A model generated the notes under the pieces. That model ran no database searches. It had not been told where the DNA came from and saw nothing but the letters and a program-made list of their open reading frames with translations. The position numbers and the translations under genes are program-made. Shown piece after piece: positions 17,599-26,893 of a stretch of DNA of 53,276 bases. The stretch comes from Minisyncoccota bacterium (GTDB lineage: Bacteria; Patescibacteriota; Minisyncoccia; Phycocordibacterales; UBA9973), in NCBI GenBank assembly GCA_036405895.1, contig DASWWS010000001.1, positions 310,468 through 363,743 of the forward strand. The letters run 5' to 3'. Each line of letters starts with the position of its first letter. Within the stretch, counting starts at the first letter, position 1.

Positions 17599-18786
17599 AT
17601 GGCAAAGATAACTACAGATATTGAAACGGCTGCCCGTATCAAAGTAATCGGTATCGGCGGATCCGGCGGAAACGCAATCAATCACATGATCAGCAATAAA
17701 GTTCGCACTGTTGAATTCATCGCGATGAATACTGACGTGCAGGACTTGCACAAGAGCCTGGCCGAGAAAAAAATCCACCTTGGAAAGAACTTGACCAAGG
17801 GTCTTGGCGCCGGAGGCAACCCGGACATGGGCATGCGCGCAGCAGAAGAAACAAAAGCTGAAATCCAAGACGCAATCAAAGGCGCGGACATGGTGTTCAT
17901 CGCGTGCGGAATGGGCGGCGGAACAGGAACAGGTGCAGCCCCTGTTGTAGCGCAAGCTGCAAAAGAAGCAGGCATCCTCACTGTTGGTGTTGTGACCAAG
18001 CCGTTCTTCTTTGAAGGAAACCAGCGCATGCGACTTGCTGAAAGCGGCATCGCCGAACTTGAAAAAGAAGTTGATGCAATCATTGTCATTCCTAACGACC
18101 GCCTCCTCGCGATTGCAGGAAAAGACACGACATTTAAAGACGCATTCGCAAAATGCGACGAAGTGCTTCTTCAGGCAGTTGAAGGCATTTCAGAGCTCAT
18201 TGCATCCCCTGGTATCATCAACGTCGACTTTGCCGACATGAAGAGCGTCCTTACCGATGCAGGAACAGCACTTATGGGTGTTGGATTCGCCGGCGGCGAA
18301 GACCGCGCTGAAAAAGCTGCTGTACAGGCTATCAACTCACCGCTGCTCGACATTTCCATCAACGGCGCAAAGGGTGTGCTCTTTGCCATCTCCTCAAACG
18401 ACGACCTCACTATGGCTGAATTCCAAGACGCCGCAAAAGTTATCACTGAGTCTATCGACAAAGACGCGCGCGTCATTATCGGTACTATTCTCGACGAGCG
18501 CATGAAGAAGGGTGAAATGAAGATTACTGTTATTGCAACAGGCTTCCCTAACGAATTGAACAAAAAGAACAACCTCTTCGGACAAAGCGCAAACCAAATC
18601 TTCTCTGCCCGCGGACAAAACGAAGCGAATGCAGCAGTAGCTCCACAACCAGAGCGCGATGTTGTGAAGCCGCTCGTTCAAAAGGCTGAGACTCGCCCGG
18701 AGGAAATGGGTGTTATGGAACCAGAAACAACTGACGAAGAAGACTGGGGTGCAATCCCCGCCTTTCTGCGAAGAAATAAGAAGTAA
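17599..18786 (+). CDS. ftsZ: Cell division GTPase FtsZ
   Basis: IKVIGIGGSGGNAINHM, the tubulin signature GMGGGTGTGAAPVVA, and NVDFADMKSVL. An SD-like gagaggag lies upstream of the ATG. Confidence 0.95.
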   Translation: MAKITTDIETAARIKVIGIGGSGGNAINHMISNKVRTVEFIAMNTDVQDLHKSLAEKKIHLGKNLTKGLGAGGNPDMGMRAAEETKAEIQDAIKGADMVFIACGMGGGTGTGAAPVVAQAAKEAGILTVGVVTKPFFFEGNQRMRLAESGIAELEKEVDAIIVIPNDRLLAIAGKDTTFKDAFAKCDEVLLQAVEGISELIASPGIINVDFADMKSVLTDAGTALMGVGFAGGEDRAEKAAVQAINSPLLDISINGAKGVLFAISSNDDLTMAEFQDAAKVITESIDKDARVIIGTILDERMKKGEMKITVIATGFPNELNKKNNLFGQSANQIFSARGQNEANAAVAPQPERDVVKPLVQKAETRPEEMGVMEPETTDEEDWGAIPAFLRRNKK

Positions 18787-18793
18787 TCTCTGC

Positions 18794-18821
18794 AAAAAAT
18801 CCTCCAATTGGAGGATTTTTT
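18794..18821 (+). terminator. Intrinsic terminator after ftsZ
   Basis: aaaaaatcctcc aatt ggaggatttttt. Confidence 0.8.
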
Positions 18822-18836
18822 AATGTATAACGATGA

Positions 18837-18938
18837 AAAATGAAAATAAGGTTTTTGGAGTGTCGCGCAGGCTGACTGAGCCGAGTACAGCAATTTTTCA
18901 GCAGAAAAATGCGGCTCCAAAAACCTTATTTTCATTTT
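18837..18938. repeat. Perfect 24-bp inverted repeat with a 54-nt spacer
   Basis: aaaatgaaaataaggtttttggag (18837-18860) is the exact reverse complement of ctccaaaaaccttattttcatttt (18915-18938). The right arm abuts the trxB promoter. Confidence 0.85.
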
Positions 18939-18952
18939 GAAGAAGTCTAGAT

Positions 18953-18958
18953 TATAAT
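18953..18958 (+). promoter_or_regulatory. -10 box (TATAAT) placed 6 nt upstream of the trxB ATG; leaderless-type start
   Basis: Sequence reads tataat ggctaa ATG. Confidence 0.5.
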
Positions 18959-18964
18959 GGCTAA

Positions 18965-19900
18965 ATGATTTACGACTTGGCGATTATTGGAGGCGGGCCT
19001 GCAGGTGCAGCGGCGGCGGTGTACGCAGCGCGAAAGCGCCTCACTACTATTATCATTGCCGAAGAATTCGGCGGGCAGTCTGCAGTGTCAGAAACCATTT
19101 ACAACTGGATCGGCACGCCCGCAATCGGCGGAAGCGAACTTGCGGCAAACCTGCAAAAGCATGTTGAAGAGTACACCACGCCCGGGCACACGCTCACCCT
19201 TACCCTAGGAAAGCGCGCAACAAAGATTGAAACAATCGATGGAGGATTCACTGTGACCGTAGGAGACGACAACACACTCACCACAAAAAGCGTCCTTATT
19301 GCCACTGGTTCACGCCACCGAAAACTTGAGGTAAAAGGCGCGAGCGACTTTGAGCACAAGGGCATCATGTACTGCGCAACCTGCGACGGCCCCTTGTTTA
19401 GCGGGATGCCGGTAGCGGTAGCCGGCGGCGGAAACGCAGCGCTTGAAGCGGTGCTTCAGCTTGCGCAATATGCGTCCCACGTTACCCTCATTCACCGAAG
19501 CGCGCACTTCAAAGCAGACCCAATCACTGTTGAAGAAGTTGCAAAGCTTCCTAACGTCACCCTTCTTACCAATACCGACATCACAGAAATAAAAGGCGAG
19601 ATGTTTGTCTCCGGCATTCAATATAAACATAAAGAGACTGAAGAAGTAACCGAGCTCCCGGTCAATGCAGTCTTTGTTGAAATCGGGCAAATCCCCAACA
19701 CCGACTATGCGCGCGGCATCATCGAACTGACTGATGCGGGCACCGTTGTTGTCGATCCGCGCAACCAGCGCACGAGCACTCCGGGCATTTGGGCGGCCGG
19801 CGACTGTACCGACGGCCTCTACCACCAAAACAACATTGCCGCGGGCGATGCGGTGAAAGCCATCGAGGACCTCTACGTCTGGATCAAAACCGGAAAGTAG
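18965..19900 (+). CDS. trxB: Thioredoxin-disulfide reductase
   Basis: FAD motif IIGGGPAGAAAAVYAAR, redox-active CATCDG, NADPH motif VAGGGNAALEA, and GIWAAGDC. Confidence 0.9.
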   Translation: MIYDLAIIGGGPAGAAAAVYAARKRLTTIIIAEEFGGQSAVSETIYNWIGTPAIGGSELAANLQKHVEEYTTPGHTLTLTLGKRATKIETIDGGFTVTVGDDNTLTTKSVLIATGSRHRKLEVKGASDFEHKGIMYCATCDGPLFSGMPVAVAGGGNAALEAVLQLAQYASHVTLIHRSAHFKADPITVEEVAKLPNVTLLTNTDITEIKGEMFVSGIQYKHKETEEVTELPVNAVFVEIGQIPNTDYARGIIELTDAGTVVVDPRNQRTSTPGIWAAGDCTDGLYHQNNIAAGDAVKAIEDLYVWIKTGK

Positions 19901-19903
19901 TAT

Positions 19904-19940
19904 AAAAAAATCCCCACTCATATACGTTGGGGATTTTTTA
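19904..19940. terminator. Bidirectional terminator hairpin after trxB
   Basis: aaaaaaa tcccca (11-nt loop) tgggga tttttt. Confidence 0.7.
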
Positions 19941-20204
19941 ATGAAGCGATTATACAGTCGCGAATAGAAAATAAAAAGTACTACAGTCAGTGTACCCGAG
20001 GGGTCTAAAAGCGGTGAAAACCACAAGAGAACCAGTGCTGCCGTACAGGCAGTAGGTACAATAATTAAACAGAGAAACAAATCTCCCAGAAACTGCACTA
20101 AGAGCAGTCGACTGAAGGTGCGGTACATGCGCGTCATCCGGACACTCACAGACCCGAAGTAATGAATTGGTAAAATCATAACTCGCTGGTTTTTATTTCC
20201 ACCA

Positions 20205-20232
20205 ACTATACTCCTCCTATTGTATGAGTCAA
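20205..20232 (-). promoter_or_regulatory. Near-consensus promoter on the minus strand, 4 nt after the SGNH stop codon
   Basis: On the minus strand: TTGACT (20232-20227), a 16-nt spacer, then TATAGT (20210-20205). Confidence 0.45.
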
Positions 20233-20235
20233 TAC

Positions 20236-20853
20236 CTATTTCAACACAGCCTGAAGTACTGGAAGAACCTTCTCGGCCACTCGTTTATACCCCTCGTCAT
20301 TAGGGTGAATGGCGTCTGCCATCAATGACTGATTCCCTATCAGTCCGCTTAATACGTTGGGTACATATGCCGTACCTCGGCGCTCTGCCAATGCCTCAAA
20401 TTGCGCAGCAAACGGGTCATTAAGCAGTCCTCCTTGAATTCCCAAGAGCACTACCACTGCCCCGTTTGCCTGCAGTTTCTCTACAATAGCGTCGAGGTTT
20501 TCAAATGTCTCATTCATTGGCACTCGGCGCAAAAAGTCATTTCCTCCGAGCAATACCACTACCACGCGCGGATTGAGCGCAAGCACTGTGTCTACGCGCG
20601 CAAGGCCGTCGGCAGTCGTATTCCCGTTTACTCCCATGTTTATAACGGGCTCCCCGATTTCATTCGAAAGCACGCTGACAAAATCATTCCCCCGAGTTGA
20701 TCCTGCTCCATAGACAAGGCTGTCGCCGAGCACAACAATAGGGCCGGTACGCGGCGGATAATTAGTAATTTCAGGCATGTCTTTTTTGAAAAGAAAAAAT
20801 GCGATCACTCCAACCGCAAGCACTCCAAGGATAATAAAAATTGTTTTATTCAT
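20236..20853 (-). CDS. SGNH/GDSL-family hydrolase, membrane-anchored or secreted
   Basis: MNKTIFIILGVLAVGVIAFFLF anchor. Block I IVVLGDSLVYGAGS, block III LLGGNDF, block V DAIHPN. The track ORF extends to 21021, but that part overlaps the ATPase start region, so ATG at 20853 is preferred. Confidence 0.8.
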   Translation of the reverse strand: MNKTIFIILGVLAVGVIAFFLFKKDMPEITNYPPRTGPIVVLGDSLVYGAGSTRGNDFVSVLSNEIGEPVINMGVNGNTTADGLARVDTVLALNPRVVVVLLGGNDFLRRVPMNETFENLDAIVEKLQANGAVVVLLGIQGGLLNDPFAAQFEALAERRGTAYVPNVLSGLIGNQSLMADAIHPNDEGYKRVAEKVLPVLQAVLK

Positions 20854-20890
20854 ACCATGACAGTATACAATATCAAGCCTTCGGGCGTGG

Positions 20891-20896
20891 TACACT
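20891..20896 (+). promoter_or_regulatory. -10-like box (TACACT) placed 6 nt upstream of the ATPase ATG
   Basis: Sequence reads tacact ttttcc ATG. Confidence 0.35.
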
Positions 20897-20902
20897 TTTT
20901 CC

Positions 20903-23467
20903 ATGCAACCTATTCCCCCAATGAACACTCCTTGGTCAGAAAATCCCGATGCAGTGCTTGCGCACTTTGGTGCAACGCCAGCCGGCCTTTCCCAAGAGGC
21001 AGCAGCGGAGCGCCTCAACACCTACGGCGCCAATACTGTCGGATCGCGCTCAAAAAGCAATATAGGAAGGCTCTTGTGGAATCAATGCAAAAATCCGCTG
21101 GTGCTTTTGCTGGTTGGGGCAAGCGCGCTGTCGTTTTTTCTCGGAAAGCTTCATGAAGGGTTTTTCGTGCTTGCCGCAATTGTCGTAAACGTGGGGCTCG
21201 GGTTTTGGCAGGAATACAAAGCGGACAATGCAGTGCAAAAGCTTGAGCATTATCTCACCCAGCTCGCACGCGTTATGCGTAGCGGGGCTGCAGAGTCCAT
21301 TGTTGCCCAAAACATTGTGCCGGGAGACTATATTCTTTTCCGCGCAGGCGATCGCATCGTAGCTGATGTGCGCATAGTTGCGCTCAACAACCTTGAAGTT
21401 GATGAATCCATTTTGACCGGCGAATCCCTTCCTGTTCGAAAATCCGCTGAAACTGTTGCGGGCGACACAACACTTGCCGACCGCACAAATATGCTCTGGG
21501 GCGGTACAGTCATTACTGACGGCACCGCCGAAGGCGTTGTGGTTGCCACCGGTGACAATACGGCCCTCGGCGCGATTGCAACATTGGTAGGCCGACAAGA
21601 AGACGAAAAAACGCCGCTTGAGCAGTCCGTGATGCAATTTACAAAAATCATCTCTGTCGTCTTGGTATTTGTCGGTATTCTTATTGCAGTGATCGGCATT
21701 TACAACGGCTACCCGCTTTCCGACATGCTGCTGACAAGCATTGCGGTCATTGTGTCCGCCGTACCTGAAAGCCTACCAATTGCGCTCTCTGTCGTCCTTG
21801 CGATTGGGGCTGAGACCTTGGCTCGCAAGCGCGCTGTGGTGCGCAAAATGGCCGCTACAGAGACGCTTGGCGCCACCACTATCATTCTCACAGATAAGAC
21901 CGGAACCCTCACTGAAGGCAAGCTCACGCTCGTCGCAATCGATGCCGAGGAGAGCGAGGTAGATATCGTACTGGTCGACGCAATGATGAACGCAGACGTC
22001 ACCACTCATGAAGGAGTATTCCAAGGTCGCCCGCTTGATATTGCACTTGCAAACACCATCGCTTCGCGCCCCGAACTTGCTCCCTTGACTGCCTCTCGAA
22101 CAATCCTCGAGCGCATGGCATTTACCTCTACTTTAAAATATTCAGGCGTTCGCTTTACCCACAACGGCACCGACCACATTACCCTTCTGGGCGCACCGGA
22201 TATTTTGCTTGAAAAGACAACGCTGAGTACAGAAGAAAAAGCAAAGCTCCATGAACGCATAAGCTCGCTGTCGCACTCAGGCGAGCGCGTGCTCGGGCTC
22301 ATTCGCATATTGGTGAAGAAGGGTGATACGATTGCTTCTGTTACAAGCGGAAACAACTTTGCCTTTGCCGGGCTGTTGCGTTTCCGCGACCCAATTCGCG
22401 AAAGCGTCCCTGAAGCGGTTGCCCGCATTGGCGTTAGCGGCGTGCGCACTATCATTGTCACGGGCGACCATCCAGGCACTGCCACCTGGGTTGCAAAAGA
22501 AATCGGATTGATTTCAGGCGAGACCAAGCCGCTTACCGGGAGCGACTTACTTGCAATGACCGATGAAGAATTGAGCTCAGCGCTGAAAACAACCACTGTC
22601 TTTGCACGTGTTACGCCCGAGCAAAAGCTTCGCCTGGTTGAGCTTCTTGAAAAAATGGGCGAAGTGGTTGCAGTCACCGGCGACGGCGTCAACGATGCAC
22701 CCGCTCTGAAAGCTGCAACAATAGGGGTTGCCATGGGAAGCGGCACCGATGTTGCGCGCGCATCCTCGGACATTGTGGTGTTGGACAACAACTACGGCTC
22801 TATTGTTGACGCAATATTTGAAGGCCGCGGTGTCTTGAAAAAAATCCGCACCATCATTACGTATTTGATGGCAGACTCGTTCGACGAACTGTTGCTGGTT
22901 GGCGGATCAATCATCATGGTTGTTGCTCTTCCTCTTACCGCAATCCAAATTCTCTTTGTGAAATTCTTTGCCGACATCTTCCCAACCCTTGCCTTCACCT
23001 TTGAAAAAATCGACAGCCATAGCGTTGCGCGCCTCGACAGAAAAGCGCGCTTGCTCGACCGCACAGTCGCACTCTTTACCTTCGGTCGCGGTATTGTTTC
23101 AAGCTCTCTCCTGTTTGGACTCTATCTGTACCTCTTGAAGGCAGGCCACAACCCAGAGCTTGTCCGCACCTTTATCTATGCTTCCTTTGCCTCCTATATG
23201 CTCTTCTTGGCATTCTCCATGCGCAATCTCGAAGAGAGTATTCTCACGTACAATCCGTTCTCCAACCACTACCTTACGGCAGGCGTAGCCCTGGGCTTTG
23301 CCATGATTGCAGGCTCGATTTACGTACCTTTCATGAGTGCATTTCTCGGTACAACAGTCCTTCCGTTAAAATGGTTCCTTGGCGTCATCGGCGTGGGTAT
23401 TGCAAACTTCATCCTCATCGAAGCGTTCAAATTTTTCTTGCGAAAAAAACCTGTACCTACTGCATAA
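20903..23467 (+). CDS. Cation-translocating P-type ATPase (P2-like)
   Basis: TGESLPV, AVPESLP, phosphorylation site DKTGTLT, TGDHPGTA, hinge GDGVNDAPALKAA, and about 10 TM helices. Confidence 0.9.
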   Translation: MQPIPPMNTPWSENPDAVLAHFGATPAGLSQEAAAERLNTYGANTVGSRSKSNIGRLLWNQCKNPLVLLLVGASALSFFLGKLHEGFFVLAAIVVNVGLGFWQEYKADNAVQKLEHYLTQLARVMRSGAAESIVAQNIVPGDYILFRAGDRIVADVRIVALNNLEVDESILTGESLPVRKSAETVAGDTTLADRTNMLWGGTVITDGTAEGVVVATGDNTALGAIATLVGRQEDEKTPLEQSVMQFTKIISVVLVFVGILIAVIGIYNGYPLSDMLLTSIAVIVSAVPESLPIALSVVLAIGAETLARKRAVVRKMAATETLGATTIILTDKTGTLTEGKLTLVAIDAEESEVDIVLVDAMMNADVTTHEGVFQGRPLDIALANTIASRPELAPLTASRTILERMAFTSTLKYSGVRFTHNGTDHITLLGAPDILLEKTTLSTEEKAKLHERISSLSHSGERVLGLIRILVKKGDTIASVTSGNNFAFAGLLRFRDPIRESVPEAVARIGVSGVRTIIVTGDHPGTATWVAKEIGLISGETKPLTGSDLLAMTDEELSSALKTTTVFARVTPEQKLRLVELLEKMGEVVAVTGDGVNDAPALKAATIGVAMGSGTDVARASSDIVVLDNNYGSIVDAIFEGRGVLKKIRTIITYLMADSFDELLLVGGSIIMVVALPLTAIQILFVKFFADIFPTLAFTFEKIDSHSVARLDRKARLLDRTVALFTFGRGIVSSSLLFGLYLYLLKAGHNPELVRTFIYASFASYMLFLAFSMRNLEESILTYNPFSNHYLTAGVALGFAMIAGSIYVPFMSAFLGTTVLPLKWFLGVIGVGIANFILIEAFKFFLRKKPVPTA

Positions 23468-23468
23468 T

Positions 23469-23497
23469 AAAAAACCCCGGATATCTCCGGGGTTTTT
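23469..23497. terminator. Bidirectional terminator between the ATPase gene and folD
   Basis: aaaaaccccgga tatc tccggggttttt. Confidence 0.8.
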
Positions 23498-23513
23498 GTA
23501 TACATAATAATTA

Positions 23514-24344
23514 TTACAAAAATATATTGCGCAAAAGCACTGCAACAGTGACAGGTCCTACTCCGCCGGGCACGGTGGTATACAGCGTCGCCTTGGAAAA
23601 GCATGCCGGGTCTACATCTCCCACCAGTACCCCGCCTTGTTCGCTTGTACCGGCATCAATCAGTATCACGCCATCTTTGACCATGTGTGGCTGTATGTGG
23701 CCGGCAACGCCAATACCAGAGATAACAATATCTGCATTCAAGAGCAATTCTTTCTGTTCCTCGGGAGGCGTTTCAAGGTCGAGGGCAGTGTAGGGCACAT
23801 TCATTCGGTCGAACAAAAGCGCAATCGGCGCGCCCACCAATCGCCCCTTCCCTACTATCACAATATTCTTCTCGGAAAGGTCTATCTGTGCATTTTTTAT
23901 AACAGCGTCCACCGCTCCTGCAACAGGCGGCATGCGCTCTGTCTGTCCGCGGGCAAATGCTTCAATAGCGCTCTTGCTCAATACATCAATATCGCGCTCG
24001 GGCGGAATCATGTTGAGAATAGTGTCAGTGTCTATGCCGTACGGCATTGGCAGCTGTACGACAATGCCGTCGTACTCGTGCGCAATTGCTTCTTCAAGCA
24101 CCGCAATTGCGGCCTCTGTCGTTGCAACAGCACTTTCGTGGATGATGTCAGACTGAATGCCAAGCCCGCTTGCCACACGCTCCTTGCGGGCGATAAATTG
24201 AGTGCTTGCAGCATCATCGCCAAACTGGATGAAGGCAACGCGCTTTTGCATCACAGGCGCCATAACGCCTACATCCCGAAGGATATCTTCGGCAATAGCT
24301 TTGCCGTCTACTTTCTTGGAGGGAGCGGAGTTCATTGCACCCAC
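23514..24344 (-). CDS. folD: Bifunctional methylenetetrahydrofolate dehydrogenase/cyclohydrolase
   Basis: VDGKAIAEDI, VVQLPMP, VIVGKGRLVGAPIALLF and PGGVGPVTVAVLLRN. Confidence 0.9.
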   Translation of the reverse strand: MGAMNSAPSKKVDGKAIAEDILRDVGVMAPVMQKRVAFIQFGDDAASTQFIARKERVASGLGIQSDIIHESAVATTEAAIAVLEEAIAHEYDGIVVQLPMPYGIDTDTILNMIPPERDIDVLSKSAIEAFARGQTERMPPVAGAVDAVIKNAQIDLSEKNIVIVGKGRLVGAPIALLFDRMNVPYTALDLETPPEEQKELLLNADIVISGIGVAGHIQPHMVKDGVILIDAGTSEQGGVLVGDVDPACFSKATLYTTVPGGVGPVTVAVLLRNIFL

Positions 24345-24391
24345 TATAGCAAAAACCGCCCCTAAAAACCACGCGCTGTAGCGGCAAAAAG

Positions 24392-24420
24392 AAAAAGCCG
24401 TTATTACACGGCTTTTTTTT
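24392..24420 (-). terminator. Terminator hairpin enclosing the stop codon of the ParB-like gene
   Basis: aaaaagccgt ... acggcttttttt. Confidence 0.6.
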
Positions 24421-25585
24421 GAATGTGCTCGATTACTGCACGGATTTCTTCCGAAGGTGCGGTATCAAGGTTGACTGACCGCAGCTTTTTCAGTTCCGCG
24501 GCGGGAAAGAGCGAGGGGGCAACTTGCATGAGATTTTTTGCAATCTTCACCAGCTGGTGGCTTGCGGACTTTTTGGAATACAATTTATCCATTCCAAACT
24601 CCTTTGCTTTTTCTACGGCAACAGCTTTTTTGGTAAACGAATCATAGAGTGTGAGCCCTTCTATCGCAGGGGCTTCAAACGCTTTTCTGATTGCCTTTTT
24701 TGTCATGGGCCCCGAAGAGAGCGCAAACAATTCTCCTTGATTGAGATTGCTCAGAATGGCATTGACCCGCTGAGAGTATTCCTTGTTGTTGATCCGCAGG
24801 CGGCTCATCAAGAATATCGCTTCGCGGTCAATGATTTCCCTCTTTCGCTTTTCCGGAATATCCAGACTGAGAATTTTTCGCAGCTCCAGAGCATTCGTTG
24901 CACTGATGTGCTTTTGCTTAACATAAAGCTGTATGTCTTTGGGCAGTTCGCAAAACCATAAGGCATTGCGCACGCGCTCCACGGACACGCCGACTTCTTT
25001 TGCAAAACCAGTGAAGGTCAGCTGTGAATTGCTCAAGCGCAAGTAGCGATAAAATTCTTCCCAGTCCTCGGCTTCTTCATGAATGGGCGGCTTTACATAA
25101 TTGTTCTCGCGTGACTGTATTGATTTTGCGGTTACCGCATCAACGTTGAGGCACGCGCGAACTTCTATGCTTTCGTCTCCGAAATGGGAACGGTAGCACG
25201 CTCCGGGCAAAAGTATGCGCTTGCGGGCAAGTGCATGTTTGTTGCAGTCGCTGCAGCCTTGCTCCCACAATAATTTGTGGGCGCGGTAGCGGCGCTCTCC
25301 GGCAATCAATACGTAAAAGTATCCGTTGTGCATCTGGGAAATATCGATCTCTCCGAGATCTTTGCCGGTAATTGTTTCAAATGTCTTCTTATAGAGGCCA
25401 TACGAAACAAGATCGAGCTTTCCTACGGTGCACGGATTGATTAAGCCATTGATGCTGATGTCTTCTGCAAGTTCAAGCAACGGGGCGATTTCAAATGTTT
25501 TTCGGACCTGAGGGAATACAATGATCCACTCAAGGGGTATGAACGTACCTGAGTACTTCATACGTGATCTTTTCGATGTACTCAT
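24404..25585 (-). CDS. ParB/Srx-domain (ParB-like nuclease N-terminal domain) HTH protein; no ParA partner
   Basis: ParB box VLIAGERRYRAHKLL. HTH region FAKEVGVSVERVRNALWFCELPKDIQ...ISATNALELRKI. The track ORF runs to 25648. ATG at 25585 (MSTSKRS) lies downstream of a TATAAT (minus strand, 25616-25611). Confidence 0.7.
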   Translation of the reverse strand: MSTSKRSRMKYSGTFIPLEWIIVFPQVRKTFEIAPLLELAEDISINGLINPCTVGKLDLVSYGLYKKTFETITGKDLGEIDISQMHNGYFYVLIAGERRYRAHKLLWEQGCSDCNKHALARKRILLPGACYRSHFGDESIEVRACLNVDAVTAKSIQSRENNYVKPPIHEEAEDWEEFYRYLRLSNSQLTFTGFAKEVGVSVERVRNALWFCELPKDIQLYVKQKHISATNALELRKILSLDIPEKRKREIIDREAIFLMSRLRINNKEYSQRVNAILSNLNQGELFALSSGPMTKKAIRKAFEAPAIEGLTLYDSFTKKAVAVEKAKEFGMDKLYSKKSASHQLVKIAKNLMQVAPSLFPAAELKKLRSVNLDTAPSEEIRAVIEHIQKKAV

Positions 25586-25684
25586 ATATAGGTGCGTTAG
25601 TTTTGCCCCGATTATAGCAACCCGGCCGTTTTCAATACATATTGCCAAAGCATAAATACGCGTTGTAATGCATTAAAAAAGCCC

Positions 25685-26893
25685 CTATTTAAAGGAGCTG
25701 ATTGAAAAGTACTTTCCGTTAAGAACGGGTGGATGATACTGCGAAGCAAAAAATCCGTTGTTGAGCCGCTTTTTGAGCAGGGGCCCAAATTGCGACGCAA
25801 GCGAAGTAGATGTTTCGCTTCGAATGCCTACCCAGCCCATGGCTGAAAGCTGCCTGGGCTCCACATCGGAAAGCCGGGCAACTTCGCACATGTACCAGTA
25901 AATGGCATCATAGAGCTTTGGAGTTGGCGCACTGCTTACCCATCGCTCTCTAAAGAGTCGCTTGCTGTCGCAGCAGAACATGCGGGTGATCCAAATGTCT
26001 ACCGGAATGGCGGTTTTTACGCCATGCATTGCTCGAGCAAAGTTTTTAATTTTTCTCGCTTCATTTTTCTGCAAGCTTGTCTCATCTACCGATTCGGCAA
26101 GCGAGGCTCCGTTCTTCACTTTATTAAGAATGATAACGGTTGCATCCAGAAAGCCTCTGAAGGTGCTTTCAATAACGACTACCTGGTCGCGCTGCTTAAT
26201 CTTCACCTGATACGTTTCTTCTGCATAAAATTGCTTCAGTGCAGAAAGAAATTTTTTTGTATTTGATTCGATTGATGCGCGGATCGAAGTCGCCGCAAGT
26301 ATGTCAAAGAGAACACGAGGTTCAAATCCGGGAAAAAATTCCAAGACCTCTTTGCTTACTTGTTCGTACCAACGCTTGTCGTGCAATCCGTTGAGGATAT
26401 AGCGAGGTATTGAATGGAACTTCAGTGTATGCACTCCGGAGTCCGGGATGTCTGCAACAAGCGCTGCATGAACTTCCGCAAGGGACTTCCCTTCCTGCAA
26501 ATACTGCAGCCAGGTTGCGCCATTGAGAAGGATATCCATGTATTCCAATGCTGTGTGCCTGTTGGTACGAGTGAGTTTTTTAGTTGAGTCTCGCTTGATG
26601 TAGGAGCATTCGCTCTCAACATACAGTACGATTTCCTCTAAAAATTCATTCGTGTCATAGCCCGGCCAACCGCATGCTTGGAGCAAGCGCTCTGTAATTT
26701 CATACTCTCCAATAAAGAAAACTTTATTGGAGTCATTCAAACCACGTTCATGGTTAAGAGGAATGTTGGTTTTGCCAAGGTAGGCAATAACCGGTATCAA
26801 TTGATATGAGAGAAGTTCCGTAATGGGACTACTGTCATACATTCCTTTCGAGGCCCGGGCCTGTACAGGTTCGAGGTCAAATAGTGTTACCAT
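25685..26893 (-). CDS. Hypothetical protein, possibly with a very divergent HhH-GPD-like segment
   Basis: The ORF is 416 aa from GTG at 26935, or 402 aa from ATG at 26893 (MVTLFDLEP). The segment EARKIKNFARAMHGVKTAIPVDIWITRMF resembles the HhH plus catalytic-Asp stretch of EndoIII-type glycosylases. This similarity is an inference only. Confidence 0.6.
   Translation of the reverse strand: MVTLFDLEPVQARASKGMYDSSPITELLSYQLIPVIAYLGKTNIPLNHERGLNDSNKVFFIGEYEITERLLQACGWPGYDTNEFLEEIVLYVESECSYIKRDSTKKLTRTNRHTALEYMDILLNGATWLQYLQEGKSLAEVHAALVADIPDSGVHTLKFHSIPRYILNGLHDKRWYEQVSKEVLEFFPGFEPRVLFDILAATSIRASIESNTKKFLSALKQFYAEETYQVKIKQRDQVVVIESTFRGFLDATVIILNKVKNGASLAESVDETSLQKNEARKIKNFARAMHGVKTAIPVDIWITRMFCCDSKRLFRERWVSSAPTPKLYDAIYWYMCEVARLSDVEPRQLSAMGWVGIRSETSTSLASQFGPLLKKRLNNGFFASQYHPPVLNGKYFSISSFK

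Noticed and set aside
19310-20179. 289-aa minus-strand ORF
   Set aside because: About 590 nt of it is antisense to the well-supported trxB gene, and it reads straight through the bidirectional terminator at 19904-19940. Only its first roughly 80 codons lie in unassigned sequence, which is treated as a possible ncRNA or UTR in the findings.
20854-21021. N-terminal 56-aa extension of the SGNH hydrolase ORF
   Set aside because: The extension would overlap the divergent ATPase gene start and its promoter. It precedes an obvious Met-Asn-Lys plus TM-helix start at 20853.
24404-25648. Canonical chromosome-partition ParB
   Set aside because: No ParA (Walker KGGxGKT) gene is adjacent, and the upstream partner is an unrelated orphan. 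The gene is kept as ParB-like only.
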